Shown here piece by piece: positions 55,484 to 61,336 of a DNA stretch of 61,336 bases. The notes under the pieces are model-generated. The model saw nothing but the letters and a program-made list of their open reading frames with translations. It had not been told where the DNA came from and ran no database searches. The first letter of the stretch is position 1. Every line of letters starts with the position of its first letter. This stretch comes from Ministeria vibrans ATCC 50519 (Eukaryota; Protista; Filasterea): the NCBI GenBank assembly GCA_943704425.1, contig CALSCP010000173.1, positions 1-61,336 of the forward strand. The letters are read 5' to 3'. The translations under genes were made by a program, and so were the position numbers.

Positions 55484-57784
55484 GCAACTGAGCGTCGCGC
55501 AGTTCCTGTGCGCCCTGCATTTCGTCAATGAGCTGTGACAGTTGCTCGACTGTCTCCGACTTGTCGGCAAGTTCGTGTTCGGCGACAATCACGCGTGTCA
55601 TGGTGAGGTCAAGACACGACGACGCCAGGTTAAGCGAATGACTCAACAGAGTCATGTCACCACCACCGCCGTTGATCCATGCCATCACCGTGCTACGCAG
55701 CTCGCTAAACAGCTCACGAGCAGTCTCACTCGCATTCGACGTAGACTGTTGCGCGGCTCGGTCAGCCGTATCCACGAGCGACCACACGGCCTGCTTGGTG
55801 GCCTCCGAAAGTTCGTGGACAGGAGTAGGCGCAGATACAGCTGCTGCCGCTGCTGCATCGTCTCGCGCGTCCATTTGACTCGACACATGCTCCAATGCAT
55901 CCTCAAGGCGCATCACTTCTTCGTCGTGTTGCACTCGTGCGTGCGACAGTTCCTCACGCAACACCTCATATGCATCTTGCCACCTTCGCAGCTCCTCGTA
56001 CAGACCACTCATCTCCTCCTCCTTCTCCTCTTCCTTCTCCACCTCCTCCCTCCTCCTCTTCCCCTCCCGCTCCTCCTTCTCTCTTCCCTCCTCCTCATCT
56101 CCTACTCGCTCGCTCGCAGTCATGGGTCGCGACGACCCCGGTCGCACCAGTGGTGTGACGCGTCGCTCATCGATACCCAACGACTCCAGCAGCACACTCG
56201 ACGCACTTCGCACCAACTCACCGCCGGCACTCCCACCACCAATGCTCTTCTTGCCTGTGTACGATAACGGCACCAGTTCAGCAGCGCCATCATCATCATC
56301 ATCGTCGTCGTCGTCATCATCGTTAACATCGGCAACGGTAGCAACATTGTCGTCATTGTCACTGTCGCTAAGCATGGGCGAGCGGAAGCCACTGGGAGGC
56401 GCAAAGGTGCGCGTTGACGTGGCCACACTCGACTCTTGTAGGTGCACCACGGCCTTTTGCAAGGAGCGCAGCTGCAAGTGCAGACTGTCAATTTCGTCCG
56501 CATCCCCAATGGTGCTCAATATAGCATTAACGACAACATCACACACACGCTGCTGGTCGACCAGCGCCAGTGCTGTGTGGTCGCGAAGCATAGCATACTC
56601 TTCGCGCAGCTCTTCCATAGCTGTGGTCCACGCTTGTGATGCTTGTGCACGCACCGCACGCACCCGCGAGTGCATCTCGGCAACCATCGTCTCGTGCTCA
56701 CGAGTAGACTGTTGCGCTACGTCGCGTCTTGCCGCCTCGTGCGCCTGCTCCAGCGCCTGTCGATGCGACTGCTCGGTAAGTCGTTCGCGCTCCTTGTACA
56801 CTGCAAGCTTCTCTTGAAGTTTGCGAATGAGTTGAGTCTGTTCGTCGCGAATGCGTCGACTGTCGCGCAGGGCCTTTTGTGTGGCAGCTTGACGTGCAGG
56901 TGAATCAATGGTGGACGCGGCTGCGACAGCCGACTGACGGAACATCTCGTGTTGCTGATGTTGGCGCTGCAGTGCCAGAAGTTGTTGCGACTGATCGGTG
57001 GCGACGAGCGCGTCGAGTTGTTCACCCACAGCACGATAGGCACGACTCAACTCCTCACGGTCGCGAACGGACTGCTCGAGCGACGCAGACAATGCCTCGA
57101 CGCGTACGGACAGTTGTGTTGCAAGCAACACGACTGGTGGAAATGAAGCACTGGTGGAGACGGAGTCGCTGTTGCTGCGGTGGTCGCTAGCATTGTGCGC
57201 GGTCAAGGTCGACTTGAGCAGCATAGCGGTGGACGTGGACGTGGACGCCGTCGAGGTGGACAGGCCCGACGACGACGACGCCGTGTCGATCACGGCGAGT
57301 GCATGCGTCAGCATGGCACGGACACTGTTCATTTCGGACTCAAGCTGTTCGCACCGGTCGTGGTCACGCTGCGCGCGTGCGCTCAGCTCGACAAAGGCAA
57401 CTTCGCGTTGACGGTTGCGTTCGATAAGAGACGCAACAAACGCTTCGCGTTCCGACACCAATGCTTCAGCGACAACTTCGCGAATGCGCGCACCAACAAA
57501 CCTCGCACTTGTCCCGTCCATGGAGAGAACGGAAGCCGCCTGTCCAAAGGAAAGTTTGCGAAATTTGAGCGAAATGTAACTTTTTTCAAACTCGGTTGGG
57601 GTTTTTTTTTTGAAATTTGGTATACGGGATCATTGACAACCATCTGACAGGCGGCATCGAGCTTGTCAGCGATGCTGTCGATCCGGTCCTGAAATGCACT
57701 GTCAGCATCGTACGACTCGACCGCCGAGGGAGCGGCCGAGCGCCTCTGATGGGTGCTACGGAGCGCCTCAACGAGCGAGTCCAT
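51514..57784 (-). CDS. Very large (about 2000 aa) coiled-coil, low-complexity protein with a four-fold internal repeat; three exons
   Basis: 1882-codon ORF plus short flanking exons joined by GT-AG introns (about 57623-57540 and 51950-51855); extensive E/R/Q/L heptads; no catalytic domain seen. Confidence 0.8.
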
Positions 57785-58118
57785 AATGGGAAAATAGTCA
57801 AGCAATCAGACAGCGGTGAAACTGTTGCTGGGGCGGCTGTCGCTTTTCCTTTCACTTGTTTGTTTGGGGGGGGTTGGTGAATGATAATAAAATATAAATT
57901 GAAAAAAAAAGAAGAAAAAAGATACTGTGTGTGTGTGTGTCTTACCTATGAATTTATGATTGAGAAGGAAAAAAATCCAATTTATTTTATATACTATCAA
58001 TCAGCAACGAAAAGCGATAACGCAACCCCACTCAGAACCACTCTTCAAGCTACAGGAGGGTTAAGAGGGAGCGAAGACACTCATCGAGACAGTTTTGACG
58101 ACTCTCGTATTCGTTGAC

Positions 58119-60373
58119 ATGTCCTTGCATCGGTTTGCATTGCTTGCGCAGCGTGGACTGCACACGTCCGCTGCGCTGCTGGCGCGGCGTTCTCGAATGA
58201 CGCGGTCGCAGCTGAAGGAGAGGATTGTTTCGGAGGCGATGAAGGAGGCGGCGCAGAAGATCAACACGCAGCGTCAGACGCTGGCCGACCAACTGCGAGA
58301 GCAGATGCTCGCCGCAGACCTTCTGAACCGCGGTGGCCTTGCCAGCGACAGTCTAGGCGGCGCCAGAGTGGAGCATGTGAACCCGGAAAAGGTTGAAATG
58401 GACCGGTACCTCACGGGAGCGGCGCGGCGTCGTCGGCAGCGTGATCGCGCATCGCGCCGCGCCGCGAGCGCCCTCACCCCCGCACAGCTGCGCGAAGAGC
58501 AGCTGCTGGATGAACGCGATCGATTGCTTCGTCTTGCTCAAGAGAAGGCGCTGGCGGCAGCTGCAACTGAGGAGGGGGAGGAGGAGGAGGAGGAAGGAGA
58601 AGAGGAGGAGGACAAGGAGGACGAGGAGGAGGCCGTGGAGGGAGAGCGTGAGGAGGCCGACGACATGAGGGGAACGGAGCCAGAGCAACCGCACCCAGTT
58701 GCCTCGGCCAGGCTGCAGCGACTGTCGACGGCACGACGACGACGAAAACAATCGAATGAGTTTCAGTCAGTCGGAGATTCACTCACGATGAAGGACAACG
58801 ACGACGAAGAGGACGCGATGGCTTTCATTTCAAAAGCACTGCGCGAGCTGCGCGACAGCTCCAGCGATGCAACGCCAAGGGAACCGAGTGGGGCACTGAG
58901 ACGCAATTGCGCCGAGGACGAGGAAGATGACGAGCCGCTGGACATGAGCGAGTCGGAGGCGGCGCAGTTGGGAGCGCGAGAGGGCTACTGGCGCGATCCG
59001 CTGCCCAGCGACTCAGAAGACAACAGACGTGCCTTTGAAGAGGAGATGCTGCGTCGACAGAAGGAAGAAGAAGACAAGATTCACGCGGAGACAGCGGCGA
59101 GACGCGAGCGAAAGCGACGACGTGGCAAATACGCGCATGACGCGAGCGAGCCCATCGACGCCACGGCTCACCCGGACACGTTTGAGCCGTATCCATTGCA
59201 CAAGCAACGTCGCTACAAGGCCGGAAAGTACCCTCATCTTGAAATGGAGAGCTCTTTGCCGTCCGACATGGCCCGTGAAAAGTACAATGGCAAATTAGTC
59301 AAAGCAATGGGTCTCGAAAAGCGAAAATCGGTAAAAAAAAAAAAAAAAAAAAAAAGTCTTCCATCACCCTACGTCTTGTATGATATAATACTAATTTATA
59401 ATTATTATAATTACTTTATTACTATGCAATTTTGTTCACGCTTTGTTTCTTTTTTTTTTTGGTGATGCTTCTTTTTACGCAGGCGCCACTGTACTCCACT
59501 GCAGAATACCGACTGCGTGAACGGCGGATCCCCGACTTTGAATTCTCACGCGAGGGCACAGCGGAGAGTGTCGCGCAGCTACAAGGGCTGCAAAACGACC
59601 GAGCGACGCGCGTTGGAGCGCAAGTTGAGCTGGAGCTGCGCAAGGTGCTTGTCGAGGACAACGTCATGGCCAAGACATTCGCTCCCGTGTTGCAGACCCT
59701 CGTGATTTCTCGGGTATGCACAGCACAATTATGAAAATATTTGTTTCGACAGCACAAACAAAATATAAACATAATACTCACACACTCCCGCACTTGTGTC
59801 ACGCTTTTTGTAGGTGAAAATGTCTCAGAATGTGGCGAGTGCCAAAGTGTATTGGATGATTGATCTGTCCAAGGACCGGCATGTGCGCGACTACCAGCGT
59901 CGCCATATGGGTCTGTCGTCGACACAGCTGAACGCCCGCCGTACTCGTGAGCTTATTGAACGGTATAAGTGTGAGGGGTTCATTGCTGAAAACAACTGAA
60001 CGCTCTCTGGTTTTTTTTTTTTTGCATATTGCATGTTGCATTTTGTAGTGTGTCGGGACTGTTTCAAACTCACGGAAAGCAGATTCGATATGCATTGCAG
60101 AACAGATTGTCGACAAAGTTTGCGCCGACCTTTCGCTTTGAGTATGATCGAGCGACACAGAAAGCAAAGGAGGTGGAACGAACATTGGATGAGCTGACGG
60201 AGCATGAACAACAGCGGGTGATGAAGCGGGATATGGATCGGATTATGGCGGATCTGGCACAGGAGCAAGAGGCAGGCGATGAGAGTGAGGATAAGGAGGC
60301 GGGGGCCGCTGAAGTGCCCACACGCTTCTTTGATCATTCTTATGACCCAGAGACTGTATTGGGGCGCAAGTGA
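58119..60373 (+). CDS. RBFA: Mitochondrial ribosome-binding factor A with long acidic N-terminal extension; four exons
   Basis: Leader MSLHRFALLAQRGLHTSAALLARR; RATRVGAQVELEL; ISR|VKMSQNVASAKVYW; QIRYALQNRLSTKFAPTFRFEYD RbfA motifs. Confidence 0.82.
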
Positions 60374-60455
60374 TCGAGAGTGTGTATGATAATAACAACT
60401 AGCTGACGCTGCATTGTATTTGAAAAAGAGGTGTAAAGTGAGTGTCGGTGCGCGT

Positions 60456-61198
60456 TTACATGAGAGGAACACCGGCGGAGGAAAAGTAGCTAGAGAGAGC
60501 GGTTGCAAGAGGCTCGGGACACGCTTCAAGTGCAGATGTCTTCCACTGAAAGAATAAGTGTGAGTGCGTCAAACGACAGAAAGAGGAGGAAGAACGAAAC
60601 GAAGGAGAACAAAAGAAAGTGATAGAGGGAAAGTTGGAAGCAAATGGCTTACGTCGAAACCGGTGGAGGAGAGAGTGGAGAGGGACGAGACGAGGTAGGG
60701 ACGGATGTCTTGGACCTGGTCTGTGACAACACGCACGGCCGGAGAGCACTGTGAGGTCTGTGATTGAGTAGACGACGAAAACTGTAGCTGAGCATAGACA
60801 GACTGGAATCCTGTGTTCTCGCCCGACGCGACATTCTCTTGTTGAGGTTGTTTGAAAGCAGAAGTGCCCTGTGCGCCAGTGCGCGTCTTGTTGCGCGACG
60901 AGAGTGTCGTACGTGGCGTGGCGGTAGTGTCGTCGCTGTAACGTGTGTTTTCGCAGATGCGCAAGACAGTTGCAATGATAGGACCACTATAGTAGATGTG
61001 GAGTTAGAAAGTGCGCTTGTGAAAAAAAGAGAAAGTAGTCAGGAGACGTACGCCAGAGCATTGTATGGTTGCTGATGCAGGTGAGGGGTCTCACAAAGAG
61101 CCTTGATGAGTGCAATCGCACACATCTTGCGGTGTTCGTCGCTGTCAAGATTGGGTCCTTCTTTGACAAAGAGTGATTGAACGACCATGCAAAAGATT
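60456..61198 (-). CDS. CSE1L: Exportin-2 (CSE1L/CAS), last three exons; 5' part outside window
   Basis: IFCMVVQSLF...HRKMCAIALIKALCE; TGFQSVYAQLQF; DIRPYLVSSLSTLS; ALSSYFSSAGVPLM* match the Cse1 C-terminus. Confidence 0.8.
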
Positions 61199-61336
61199 CT
61201 AAATTGAGTGAGACAACAACTTGTTAGTCAACCCTTACGCTTTCGACAGTTCATGATGTGCTATCTCTCCTCTCTATGTTTTTCTCTTTTGTTCTACCAC
61301 TTTGTTTCTCTCCTGTTTTCCCTCCTCTCTCTTCTT

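Noticed and set aside
51789-57647. Numerous long plus-strand ORFs antisense to the coiled-coil gene, and similar shadows over KIF1, RAD21, UT and GTF3C2
   Set aside because: Expected from GC-rich, stop-poor antisense frames; Ser/Arg/Cys-rich translations with no recognisable domains
61044-61056. Possible GC-AG intron in CSE1L
   Set aside because: The adjacent GT donor (GC|gtacgt) gives the correct reading frame into the next exon

Overview
Gene-dense, intron-rich eukaryotic genomic DNA with GT-AG introns, GC-rich exons, microsatellite-filled introns and several N gaps. The gene content (KIF1/unc-104, ependymin-related protein, PRL phosphatase, STIMATE, a Tyr-motif-rich membrane protein) suggests a unicellular opisthokont, probably a holozoan; this is inference only. 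About 27 spliced protein-coding genes were reconstructed by hand: SLC7 permease (3' part), KIF1, MAK16, an orphan, NDUFAF6, RPB12, a partial orphan, TruB, urea transporter-EF-hand, RAD21, MMADHC, a permuted papain-like protein, GT23 fucosyltransferase, SLC25A33/36, RAB18, MCMBP, PCNA, MsrA, PRL/PTP4A, DCTN2, EPDR, a Tyr-rich membrane protein, PHD-GTF3C2-like, Fta4/Nkp1-like, STIMATE, NUDT5, a giant coiled-coil protein, RBFA and CSE1L (3' part). The main signals missed by the ORF track are: (1) a selenocysteine MsrA with in-frame TGA in G-U-F-W and a GUGA-type SECIS in the 3' UTR; (2) a 17-codon uORF on its own 5'-UTR exon of the PRL phosphatase, resembling the arrangement of the Mg2+-responsive PTP4A uORF of animals; (3) a dispersed intron-restricted motif ACAAAGTGATAG(AG)n; (4) an 8-nt PCNA micro-exon; (5) apparent nested genes in an NDUFAF6 intron and two gap-adjacent fold-back inversions that are probably assembly or amplification artefacts. 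All family assignments come from motif recognition, not database searches.
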